Origin: Octopus bimaculoides
Lineage: Eukaryota
Length of the DNA stretch: 64,000 nucleotides
Direction: 5' to 3'
NCBI RefSeq assembly: GCF_001194135.2
Contig: NC_068985.1
Location: 49,265,656-49,329,655 of the forward strand
The position numbers and the translations under genes are program-made. Numbering within the stretch: position 1 is the stretch's first letter; every line of letters starts with the position of its first letter. Below, in pieces: positions 13,592 through 27,272 of this stretch. The notes under the pieces were generated by a model that saw only the letters and a program-made list of their open reading frames with translations, did no database searches and was not told the origin of the DNA.

Positions 13592-16500
13592 AAAGTTATG
13601 TAAGAAAAAATTCATTCTTTGTCTGATAGTTGTGTATGACAAGCTTTTTTGCAGTTTCTGTATAACAAATCCACTCACAAGGCTTTGGTTGGCCTGGGGC
13701 TATAGAAAACAGTTTTCCAAGATACCATACATGGGGACAGAACTTCAGACCAAATGGCTGGGAACCAAGCTTTTCAACCTCATGATCATGCTTGTGTCTA
13801 GACATACATTACATACACAACCTATGCATACATACAAAACCTATATATTGGGTTGAGGAATAATTCATGAGCATTTTTTCTCAAATTCAAAAATGCACCC
13901 AGAAATAAGTTGCATTGACAAAATGTTTCATGTTATTTGAAAGAGAATTTTTTGCTCTACAATGTTTTGATCATTAATCTTATTGATTTTTGTGTATCTT
14001 CAGATCATTAAAAGGGAATGTCAAATGGAGAAAACTGAGCATTTTCGACACCATTTGCTTTTTGCATTTAATCGAGGTGTTAAGCCTGCCAAAGCTGCTC
14101 ATGAGATTTGTGCTGTGTATGGAGAAGGAGCAATGCTTCAAAATACTGCCAGCTGTTGGTTTACGCACTTCAAAATGGGAATTTTGACCTCAAGAACAGA
14201 TCACACACCAGTCGACCAATTGAGTTCAATGAACCTTAACCATTGAGTGAAGGTGGTTCACTACAGATTTTTGATCACAAGCCATCTGCTTCGCCAATTC
14301 TTTGGTCATTGAACATAGATTTTCCTGAAGACGTTGATTCAATTGCACTTCATCAAACTCAATTGGTCGACTGGTGTGTGATCTGTCCTTGAGGTCTATA
14401 TTCTCATTTCTGAAGCATGAAACCCAATGGTGAGCGGTACTTTGAGGCATTGCTCCTTCTCCATACACAACACGAATGTCATGAACCACTTCAGCAGGCT
14501 TAACACCTTGATTAAATGCAAAAGGTAAATAGTGTTGAAAATGCTCAGTTTTGTTCACTTGACATTCCATTTTAATGATCTGAAAATACACAAAAATCAA
14601 TAAAATTAAAAAATCAAAACACACTATCTTGTAGAGCAAAAAATTCTCTTTCGAATAACATAAAACATTTCATCAATGCATTTTATTTCTGCATGCATTT
14701 TTAAATTTGAAAAATCGTTCATGAATTTTTCCTCAACCCAATACAGTCATGCATTATATATATATATAGTCAATTCAGATAAACAACCAATTCAAATAAA
14801 CGAATAATACGATTTAACAGACAACAAGAGGACATGCACAAGGAATGTATTAACTTGACACTTGGTAAAAACAGAGTGTTTGATGTTTCAAGCATCGCTC
14901 TTTGTCAGAAAGGAGAAAGGGAAAAGTCCAAAGAAGGAAAAGAAATCACCAACAACATGTGTGTGTGTATGTATATATATATACAAACACATACATGCCA
15001 ACAAAAATATAAAAAAAGATGCAGCAAAGAACCACATGCTGTTAAACATTATNNNNNNNNNNNNNNNNNNNNNNNNNNNNNNNNNNNNNNNNNNNNNNNN
15101 NNNNNNNNNNNNNNNNNNNNNNNNNNNNNNNNNNNNNNNNNNNNNNNNNNNNNNNNNNNNNNNNNNNNNNNNNNNNNNNNNNNNNNNNNNNNNNNNNNNN
15201 NNNNNNNNNNNNNNNNNNNNNNNNNNNNNNNNNNNNNNNNNNNNNNNNNNNNNNNNNNNNNNNNNNNNNNNNNNNNNNNNNNNNNNNNNNNNNNNNNNNN
15301 NNNNNNNNNNNNNNNNNNNNTATATATATTCACATATTCATACACACACACACACACACACACAAACACTCACACAGGAGATATGTAGACTGTATACATA
15401 CTCATTTAGTAACTCGATAGTCTTCTCGGTGCTCTGCACGTAAAACGAATTTGGGAGGTCAGCTTGGTTCACCTAGAAATTACACATGCACGGTTATAAA
15501 AATAAAGATTAAAAATAACAACATAGCAAAATAAAACAGAAACTCTAATTTAGGACTATCTTAGTTGTGGTGAGGGTGGTGGGCCATGTGTAATGAAGAC
15601 AGAGAGAGAGAAGTGATATGTTGATGACTGCATAGAGGTGTCATGTCTGGTAGAGCAGCAGAGAGACAGGGATAAAAGAGACGGTGTGCTGGTAGTGGTG
15701 GTGGTGGCAGTGGTGGTGGTGGTGGCAGCAGTGGTGGTGGTGTATGAAACGGATTGTATGTGACTGATTACCAAGGGATAAAACCTGTCTCCAGCAGAAG
15801 GAAGCGGACAGGAGTCCAAAGAAATAGGATCAGAATGTGTAACAGTGTGGTGTGACTGAAGTTGTTGATGATGATGATGGTTAGTGTTCTAATGCTGACC
15901 ATCTGGTTGTTTGTTTTTGTTTTCTTTTGTTCGTTTGTTTTTTTTGTCCTGTTAGTATAGTATATCTAGGAAAACCTCTAATCATTATCATCAACATCAT
16001 AATCGTCATCATCATCATCATCATCATCGTCGTCGTTGTCATCTCTAATATGTCTTCCAATCTTTTAGGATGGTGGAATATGATACAAGGCAGATTTGGT
16101 TACAATTTCTAACAAATATAACAAATATAACAAAAGTGGAAGAAACTTGCAGAATAGTAACATATATAACATATAAGAAGTGGTAAAAGGTGATCTTATG
16201 AAGCTCAACTTCACCAAAGAGATGATAAGGGACTGCAATAGATGATGTGAATCTATGCTGGCCTGATTCTTCATCAGTTATGACAATAAGTGTTCCAGTT
16301 GATTCAATCAATGGAATAACCTGCTCATGTGGCTGAGAAATCCACAGACACATGTACCCTCAATATAGTTCTCAGTGTGACACACTGAATGTGAAAAGGC
16401 TGGCCCAATAAACTACATGTATAACTCATTTTTGCCAGCTGAGTTGACTGGAACAACATGAAATAAAGTGTCTTGCTCAAGAACACATGCCATCAGGAAT

Positions 16501-17153
16501 CAAATTCATGACCTTACAACTGTGAGCCAGATACCCTAGCCTCTAAGCCCTGTGTCTTCACTGAAGCTGTGCTGAAGAAACCTCCTAAACCAGGGGCTCT
16601 CAACCATTTTTTTTATCTACAAGCCCCTTTGATTACTATTTTATTCTGGTGATCCCCATAACTATTTGATGTTTAAAAACTAGTTTTATAGAAACTTCTT
16701 TTAAAATTCCTATTTTATTTTACACACATTAATTTGTGTAAGTTGAACTATGTAAAATGCTAGAGAAAAAAACCTAGCTGTTTCTTGCAATATATACCAA
16801 TACATACATCTAATGCAAAATTTTTTTAAAGAGCTCCTTAAAATACTGTTGTGGGTCCCCAATTTACTATTTTGTTAGGTGGATCCCCAAAAGTTTTATA
16901 TGGCCCCTCAGGTGCCATATAGACACTGGTTGAGAACCACTGCCCTAAGCCATGTATATATGAAAAAAATGAACATGCAATGATAATGATTATGCTGTTG
17001 TTTAATTACAGCTCAATCTTAATTCACTTGACCTGTGATCAAAAGCATTCTAGCTTTGACCATCTCATCTTTCTGGGTGTGGATAGCAATAAAGACAAGT
17101 AATAATAGTGTGAGGGCATGAGTGATTATACACACACGCGCGTGCGTGCGCGC

Positions 17154-17186
<33 letters not shown>

Positions 17187-18555
17187 TGTGTTTCATTGAT
17201 AAATCAAAAATTTAATGAGTAAGACAGTAAAAACATAAGACCAACCTGCATCCCATCGATAGTCATACTAGCTCTTATCTTGTAGGTACCAAGGAGAGGT
17301 TCACTACACACCAACATCAAGTCATTAAACTGCAATAAGAAAACACATGAGATATATAAAAGAATGACAATAGAACAATCAGACAAATGACTTTTAAAAC
17401 TGACTCTATAAATTTAAGGGACAAACATTTCATTTTATCCTGTTGACCTTTTCTATGCATTGAACCAATGAAGGAAAATTCAAATTCTACATGGTTGTTT
17501 AGCTTACTGGTGCTACATAAAAGCACTCCGTACATTCTGTAAAGTGGTTGATATTAGGAAGGACATCCAGCTGTAGAAACCATACCAAAACAGATATGGA
17601 ACCTGGGTAGCTCTTCAGCTGGCCAGCTCCTGTCAAACTGTCCAACCCATGCCAGCACGGGGAACAGACGTTAAGTGATGATGATAATATTAGGGATCAC
17701 CCAACTTGCCTCACTGTTATCATTCTCTGCAACTTCATTGTTATGATTTTCTGTCGTACATCTATGTAGTCATGTATTTTTTCACATACAATAACAATTT
17801 GTCTGTATAACATTATTGGAATAGTATTCCACTTTGACCTGCCTCCCTTCAACATACTCAGATGTTTATTTGCATCTACTCTTTCAACTGTTGCAGGCAC
17901 CATTCCCCATGTACATATGACATATTCATTTTCTAGTTTAACACACGGCCCTTGTATACCTTGAGATGAACCTACTCTGTCACAAGTATTCAGGTCATGT
18001 TGGGCTCCAGTGTGAGGATAACTCTCTCCCTTCCTCTCACCATTCTCAGAAACCTTGTAAAGGATAAGGGACACTGCCTTTGCCCTTTCTCCTCTGGCTA
18101 AATCAAGTATAAAAAAGAGAGAGAGAGAGAGAGAGAGAAATAAGGTATCTAAGATAAAGCTGGTCTTCATTTGTAGAGGCAAATAAGTAAAAAGAAAAAA
18201 ACACTTCAGCCTTGATCACTTCCTCATTATCAACAAACTCATGTGTGACTCACACCCCAGTTAGATTACTGCTGCTGTATGTGGGGCAGTAGTACTACGA
18301 GCATGCCAGATTAAGCTTACTTACCAAGAATATGTACCGTTCCTGTTTCTCTCCACTTCGTGCCGAGATCTTGACTACACGTCCTTCTCGAACAAGTTCT
18401 CGTGTCGGACTAATTAAGTCAACTGTCTGGCCAAGACGTTGATGAATTTCTAACAGCTTTCTGAATTTCTCCTAGTTTAAGTAAGCAGAAAAGAGAATTG
18501 GGAATTTAACCCATTAGTAAACCAGACTATGTTTAAGATGGCTATATATAAAATG

Positions 18556-18640
<85 letters not shown>

Positions 18641-20176
18641 TAGCTATATAGATATATAGATATATTAAAACAAAGGGTAAAAATCAGATATTAATTAATA
18701 TCGATTTATTACCAGGAAGCTAGCACATTAAAAGAATCCGAGAGATTCAGAAAAAATATCTGAGATCTTTGGGGATTAAGGTATATTTTATATATATGAA
18801 GTTGACCAGTAAAGTGGACATTTAATATGCTAGAAATAGACCACATTTTGTGTCTACTAAGACCTAGTAGTTCTCAAAAGAAATTCAGCGAAATACCAAA
18901 CCGTAAGCGAGCAAGACATTGAAAATTACATACATAAAATTAAAAAGTTATTCGCGTACCAGGTTTCGGAGTTAAAAATCTCTTACCGAGAAAATCTGCT
19001 CCATCTTCAGCGCGAACTGCTAGTCATAATCTGGTCTATTTCTAGCATATTAAATGTCCACTTTACTGGTCAACTTCATAGATATATAGATATAGATAAG
19101 AGGGACATGCACACACATTATTTATCTTCTGAAGATGTGATACTTAAGGTGGCTTCGACATAAATGTAACAACTATCAGTAACATATTATTGAAATAAAC
19201 AAAATGAAATTATTAAATTAATCGCTCTTGTTTTCTTTGTTATTAAAATATATGATGATTATGTAAGATGAATATACACCTTCTCCTTGACTTACGACCA
19301 AGTTCCTTTCCAACAGATAGGTTGTAAGTCACTTAGGTTGTATGTCGGATTTATATTTTTCAGTACTATTTTCATTCATGCAACTGATGCTTGAAAGTGA
19401 CTGAGTGAGAGACAGTGGCAGGTAGTGGATGCCTGGGTCTGAGGAAGGCCCGTGTTGCCAGATGCTGCTATAGTTATCGTACACCCAGCTGCCCAACATC
19501 CGAAAATCAATTTTTTACTTTACTTTTTTACAAAAGTTTTGTGGTCGCAAGTGCAGATGGTTGTAAGTTGCATAGGTTGTAAGTCGAGGAGAAGGTGTGC
19601 ATGGCAGATATATATATAGATATAAGATGTATATGTTTGCATGTGTTTGTGCATATGTTACATTTAGCATAATTTAGAAGATAATATTACTGAGTGTCCA
19701 AAGTAAATATATACAGCACATTATTTATGAATAAAACATATAGTATCACATGAAAACTGCCAGTCAACAATGCCAGTCTCAATTCCAATATCCTTCAGCC
19801 TCTTAGGTAGCAATTTGGAAGTTAGGTCCTAGTGGTGGTGTTATTATTATTATTATTCAGTAGTTTTATTTTTATAACGTGCTTTCACTTCACTACCGAG
19901 CGCAGCTCTGTGTGCCTTGGGTATGTGCTGTGGTTTGCTGTGATGCTCTTATGGTTACTGTAATGAAAGTGTTTTGCGTAGGATGTGTGCAGTGCCCAGT
20001 AGTGCAATTTTCTGTATGTTATATATATTTGTAAGTCCTGGTGTTTTTGTTATGTATTTGTCTGAATATTTTTTTATTATACCTAAGGCACCTAGTATGA
20101 TAGGAATTGTTTCTGTTTTTAGATTCCACATTCGAGTTACCTCTATTTCCAGGTCTTTGTATTTTGAAAGTTTCTC

Positions 20177-20260
<84 letters not shown>

Positions 20261-21036
20261 CATCATCATCATCACCATCATTATTAAGGCAACATGCTGG
20301 CAGAATCATTAGCATGCCAGGCAAACAATTGCTTATGGCATTTCATGTCTTTACTTTCTAAGTTCAAATTTTGCCAAGGTTAACTTTGCTTTCCATCCTT
20401 TTAGAATGGATAAATAAGTACCAGTTGAACACTGAGGTTGATGTAATCAGCTTACCTACTCCCCAAAATTACTGGCCTTGTGCCAAAATTTGAAAGCAGT
20501 ATTTAGTCGATTTTTACATTCTGAGATCAAATTTCACTAAGATCAATTTCTGCCTTTCATTCTTTTAGGGTAAATGAAATGTAATCAACTAGCTCCCTCC
20601 CACAACATTTCAGACCTTGTGCCTATAAAAGAAAGGATTATTATTATTATAACTGTTCAACAATTGGTAGATCGAGGCAAATTTCTACTGCATTACCTGT
20701 TACACCTCAATGTTGCTGGGGTGTGTGCAGCATTGTATGTTATTTTCTGCTGTTGGGAGTGTGCAAACTGTACTGTATTGTGTCGGTATTTCTTTTCTCT
20801 TGAGGTATGGTGCAGTCTTTTGTTGTGTTACTGCTTGTATTGTGTGTTGAGTGCGTAATGCATTGGGTATCTAGCTTGCTGATGGAAGTTTATTTCACTG
20901 GGTGATTGCTATATAGAGTGTGTCTTGTATTTGTGGGTTGTTTTGTTTAAGTTGTATTATTGGATTGATAGTGTCTTGCTTAGGATGTGGGCTGTTCCTA
21001 ACAGGACTATTTTTTGGACAGTGTGTAGTGTTGAGA

Positions 21037-21067
<31 letters not shown>

Positions 21068-24000
21068 TATAGGGTCATGGCTTGGACAAATCAGTTGAGC
21101 ATCAAGCAAAATCCCTTTTATAATCAATCCAGTAACTGCCATTATCTGAATTTTTGTCCAAATTAGGAAACGGTGCACCAAATCAACCTAACATAATTAC
21201 TGCTATTATAACATAAATAAATACTTGGATAATGAATTATTGTTACAGAATATGAACCAATGAACTGATGTCTCTAAACCTGCTATTTGCAATTACCAAT
21301 CCTGATACACTTAGCTCCACATCAAAACTTTCTCCTTTTAGATTCATTTTCATAAGAAACAATTGGAACATAACTTACTATTTTGTTCATTGCTTCATTT
21401 GAGTGACTTGCAGCTTCTGTAACTTTCTGGAGTGCTTCTGTAAAATATATACATAATCCATTGAGAATTTGGGTAATGATTTAAAAAAAAAAAATTTCAT
21501 ACTGATTTCAGTCATTGGACTTTGATCATGCAGGGGTTATGTATTCAGGGATTTTAGTTAGCTTTACCTATCCCAGTACTTAGCTCAATCTGGTACTCAT
21601 TTTCTTGATCCCTATATGTTGAATTGTTAAATCACACTTTGACATAAAAGAACACAAAACTAGTTAACTATGATAAACATAAAAATACACACACTCACAC
21701 ATGCACATACAAACATAAATATATACATACACACATATGTGTATGGGTGAGGTCCTGTGTGAGTGTGTAAACTATCATCATTTTAATGTCCACTATTCCA
21801 TGGCTTTAGTGGTTAGGGTGTTAGACCCATGATTGTAAGACTGTGGTTTCAATTCATGGACTGGGCAATGTGATGTGTTCTTGAGCAAAACACTTCAGTT
21901 CATGTTGCTCCTGTTTACTCAGTTGGTAAAAATGAGTAATCCTGCAGCAGACTAGCATCCCATTCAGGGAGGAATATATACATCTGAGAAACTAGGAATC
22001 CAGCCTTATGCTCCTCATGGAGTAATATGGACTAACTATGGCTCAAATGAAATTCATTGAACCAGGTTTCTTGTGGCTGGATGCTCTTCTTGTCACCAAC
22101 TCTCACCTGTTTCTAAGCCAGGTAAATTTCATCAAGTTCTTAAATTACAACAGTTCAATGGTAGGATATATTTTTTTTACACAGGATAGCAAATGAAAAA
22201 TACTGTTTCTTGTTTATTTTGTATGAATAGTCACTTTGTTTACGATCAGAGTGTGATGTGAATACAAGGATACATATAAAACAATGAGTTTTGTCTGTTT
22301 CCATGTCCCACATTCATTCATACAGTGCTGGTTCAGTACTATAATAGAAAAGACTTACCCAAGGTGCTGTGAGTGGGGACTGAACCCAAAACCAAATGGT
22401 CGCAAAGCAATCATCTTAACCATACAGCTATGTTTGTACCTGTATACACAAACACAGTGAATGTCAGCACAATTTCCAGCCAGCCAGCCAGCCAGCCAAT
22501 TCAACTCGACAGGTATTGGACAAACTGGATTACTACAATACAAGACACTTGTTCAAAGTGCAGCCAAAAAAGGATCAAATATGGAACCATGTGACTGCAA
22601 GGCCAAGTTCTTGGATCTGTAATAACTAAATGAACTGAACATGTGAGAGTTTAAATGTATAATTCCTGGATACAGAACAGCACCAGTCAGGGCACATATA
22701 CCATCAAACCATTTGGCAAGTTGTCTGTTATCTTTTATCAAATTCAACAAGTAGTAACTCCTATATTTCTCTCAGTTTGATAAACTCAAAAAACCAAAAA
22801 AAACTTCTGAATAACAAAAATAATATAAAACAAATATATATTTTACCTTCTGTATCTTTTCTGTCAGGTGAATCTGCAGGAAGATGTTTTAAGTAATCTG
22901 AAATATAAAGGAAATTTTATTTAGCAATTATAATATTATACACCATGATACAGTAACATTTTTATGGTATGTTTAATAAGTATACAAAGTACAATCATAA
23001 CTACCAAGAGCCAACATTCACTGTAGATCCCCATCAACACCAACTAGTGAACCAACGAAGGAGCCCTATATGGTCTCTTGACCTGCTAGAAATAGCAACA
23101 AAATCTCTCTCTCTCTCTCTCAAATCACATCAACTTTAAAAAGGACACACAATATAGTCTTTGGTACACTGTGTCTGAATAAAGGACTGATTGGTTGTAG
23201 CTAGAATGCCATTGCCATTTATAATAGGTCTGTTTAACAAGTGCTATAATCCGGGGTTAAAGGGCTATACCATCATGAAAATGAGTCAACAAGGAAACCT
23301 CTAGGTAGTTGCTCTACCTGCTAGAAATAGCAAACAAATTCCCTCAAATCAAAGTCTAGCATTTTAAGAACTGAAATGATACACTGAAGACCCGGCAAGC
23401 CAAGTGAGATCCAAATCTAAGGCCTCAGCCAGTCCACTTATGCGTACCTTCCTTCATTGGACACTAAACTCCCATGCCAACGTCATCTCCTTCAATGGAC
23501 ATGAAACTCAGCTTGCAAAGACTTGTTGGGGCAAGCGAAAGTGAAATTGTGATAGCACCTGTGCCCAGCATCGCCTTTCTGGCACTTGTGCCCGCGGCAT
23601 GTGTAAGGACTTTCGAACAAGATCGTTGCTAGTGCCCCTGGACTGGCTCTTGTGCGGGTGGCACATAAAATACACCATTTGAGCGTGGCCGTTGCCAGTA
23701 CCACCTGACTGGCCTTCGTGCCTGTGGCACGTAAAAGCACCCACTACACTCTCTGAGTGGTTGGCGTTAGGAAGGGCATCCAGCTGTAGAAACTCTGCCA
23801 AATCAGATTGGAGCCTGGTGTAGCCATCTGGTTTCACCAGTCTTCAGTCAAATCGTCCAACCCATGCTAGCATGGAAAGCGGACGTTAAACGACGATGAT
23901 GATGATGATGAATGATGTAGTCCTAGAGATACAAAAATATATGATGGTCCTGGATGGAACACTTGATTATAACTATGAACAGTCAAAGCTGACCTAGTGC

Positions 24001-24808
24001 TAAACAATATCATCATCACCACCACCATCATCATCATCAAATTCTCAATTTGGTAACCAATGAAGGGTCTTTTACATGGTCACTCAACAGCTAGAAATAG
24101 CAATGAGATCTCTTTCAAATTGCACTTTGACAATCATAAAAACGACAAATTAAATGCTGTTCTGAGTTCCCTGTCCGAAAGAGAATAAAACAGGATGGTC
24201 ATAACTAGAATACCTTTAATCATAAATCTGGGGCTAAGCAACACTAATAATAACTTCTCAGGCCACCATCGACACCACCACCCTTACAAACACCAATATT
24301 ATGTTTTATGATTTTTGTTAAGTTTTTTTAATATTTTTTTAAAATTACTACTAAAGATAAACTACATCAGTAATACCATTACACTGCCCACCACCACTAC
24401 TACCTCACCAACCCTGCCATCACCCTGCAAACAACTTCCACTTGTGCCACCAAGACAACTGCTATCTCCATCTCTGAAACAAGACTGCCATCAACAAGCT
24501 TTTAGGATCAACTTCATTCTCACCACTTCTTATCACAAACCTCACCACCAACACCACCAACACCACCATCACTACCCCCATATTCTCATACTTCTGTACT
24601 TCCAGCATTACTTCTTCCTCTTATTTTATTTGTTTGTTTGTTTGTTTGTTTACTCATCTGTTTATTTATCCCTTGAAAAGACAACTAACAAGCCATATAC
24701 AAAATCACGAATACATTTGTCAGTGTAAAAGTTCACTGACAAATGTTTAACATAGAAACTATATAATTCAGGCAGGAAAAAATGCATACATACATATATA
24801 TACTTAAA

Positions 24809-24846
<38 letters not shown>

Positions 24847-27230
24847 CGAAAGAGAGAGTGTGTGCTTATGCATGTATGTTGCATGTTTCTGAATGCATGT
24901 ACATGTATGTGCACATGTATGTATGTGTATATATAGGTGGGTAGCATGCGTATATGAGTGTGAACATATTTAATTATGTGTATATGTTTATGTTGGTGTG
25001 TGTATATATGTATGTACATAAGTGCATACATATATATATGTGTGTCTGTGTGTGTGTATGTAAAATCAAAAAGCCACAAAAAAATCTGTCAAAGTTATTA
25101 AGAAAACCAGTTGAAGTAGAACAACAACTAACCTTTTAATAATAACTCATAACGAGGGACTCTCTGGATTGGTTCCAACATGTGATGTTGTAAGGTTAAA
25201 TTGGCACAGTCAGGGCGTTGCTGGAAATAAAACAAATAAAAAGATTACAAATTATATAAAATGAACAACACATAAATAGGGGGCCCCCACCACTGTTCAA
25301 ACATCCCTCACATAAAAACACACATGCACACACACAGAGAAATAGTTCAATGGCAGAGAAATTAGTAAAAGAATCTGTGTATAGGTATAAGTGTGTGTTG
25401 TTGTTGGCACTCCGTCGCTTCCGATGTCAAGGGTTCCAGTTGATCCGATCAACGGAACAGCTTGCTCATGAAATTAACGTGCAAGTGGCTGAGCACTCCA
25501 CAGATACGTGTACCCTTAACGTAGTTCTCGGGAATATTCAGCGTGACACAGTGTGACACGGCTGACCCTTTGAATTACAGGCACAACAGAAACAGGAAGT
25601 AAGAGAAAGTTGTGGTGGAAGAGTACAGCAGGGTTCGCCACCATCCCCTGCTGGAACCTCGTGGAGCTTTAGGTGTTTTTGCTCAATTAACACTCACAAC
25701 GCCCGGTGTGGGAATCGAAACCGCGATCCTATGACAGCGAGTCCACTGCCCTAACCACTGGGCCATTGCACCGCCACAAGTGTGTGTAAACAAAAGCAAA
25801 GTAAGTTTCAGAGGCAAGGTAACCCACATCAGTAACCCACAATAAGTAACCCACATCATCAAGGAGTGTATTGGTAAAACTTAAGTTTTAGTTTAGTTTG
25901 GTTGTCCTCCTGGATGCTTCAATGACTTCATGCAAACACACCAGCTACCACAGTCCCCCATGTTCGTTCATCATCATCATCGTTTAACGTCCGCTTTCCA
26001 TGTTGGCATGGGTTGGACGGTTTGACTGAGGACTGGTGAGCCAGATGGCTGCACAAGGCTCCAATCTGATCTGGTAGAGTTTCTACAGCTGGATGCCTTT
26101 CCTAATGCCAACCATTCCGAGAGTGTAGTGAGTGCTTTTACATGCCACCAGCACAAGGGCCAATCAGGTGGTACTGGCAACGGCCATGCTCAAATGGTGT
26201 TTTTGACGTGCCACCTGCACAGGAGCCAGTCCAGCGGCACTGGCAACGACCTCGCTCAAACATGTTCTTAATTTCCCAACATTTGCCATTTCACTGTCCT
26301 GAAGCAAGATGTCCACACAGGTTAGACGTTTTCTTCCTTCAACTGACTACCATAAGACCAGTTGACATACAAGTTCTTCTGAGTGCCTGATGCAATGACC
26401 AGCAATTCTCATTGTTCTCTGTTGAATCTTCTTACCTTTGTTTATACCCAAAGTAAGTTTCAGAGGTAAGGTAGTGATGTGTGCAATAAGTAACCCACAT
26501 CACTGAAGAGTATATTGGTAAAACTTAGGTTTTAGTTTAGTTTGGTCATCCTCCCAGACACTTCAATGATTTCATGCAAGCATGCCATCTTTTACAGTCC
26601 CCCCATGCATGTTCTCAATTTGCCCACATTTGTTGTTTCACTGTCCAGAAGCAAGTCATCCACATAGGTTAGACATTTTCTTCAATTAATTCTTCCTTCA
26701 ACTGATTTCTATAAGACCAGTTGACACATGGGTTCTTCTGGGTGCCTGATGCAATGTCCAACAATTCTCATTCTTTTCTCTTGAATCTTCTCAGTCACTT
26801 TGGGTAGATCTCGATAAAGCTGCTCGTTGGCTAAATGAACTCTCCACATATCATTCAGAGTCATTCTTTACATTCTTGAGTAGTAGCCGTCTATTTGTCT
26901 TTCAAGTTTTTTGGTGAGGGCCCAAGTTTCAGCACCGTTATAACAAAACTGATTCTACCAAAAAGACAAGTAACCTTAAAATCTAAGCATTTAAAACAGT
27001 TATGGGCATACTGCAGTTTGAAGTCTATGGCTACATGTGGCCCAAAGGCCTTCCTGAATGGCGTGCCTAATTTCATGAGGAAAATAACATATGTTACTAT
27101 TTTAGTTGTGTAACCTATTTTAGTTGTGTAAACCATGTCTCATGCAGTCCACTTCTCAAAGAAGGTTTCCTATGCCTGATTCAGATTCAGAATGAACATG
27201 TACATAGTGCATGTGTGTGTATGTATATTG

Positions 27231-27272
<42 letters not shown>

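Noticed and set aside
19128-19165. CUGAAGA...GACA hammerhead-like string
   Set aside because: GAAA is absent and no stems I or III can be formed.
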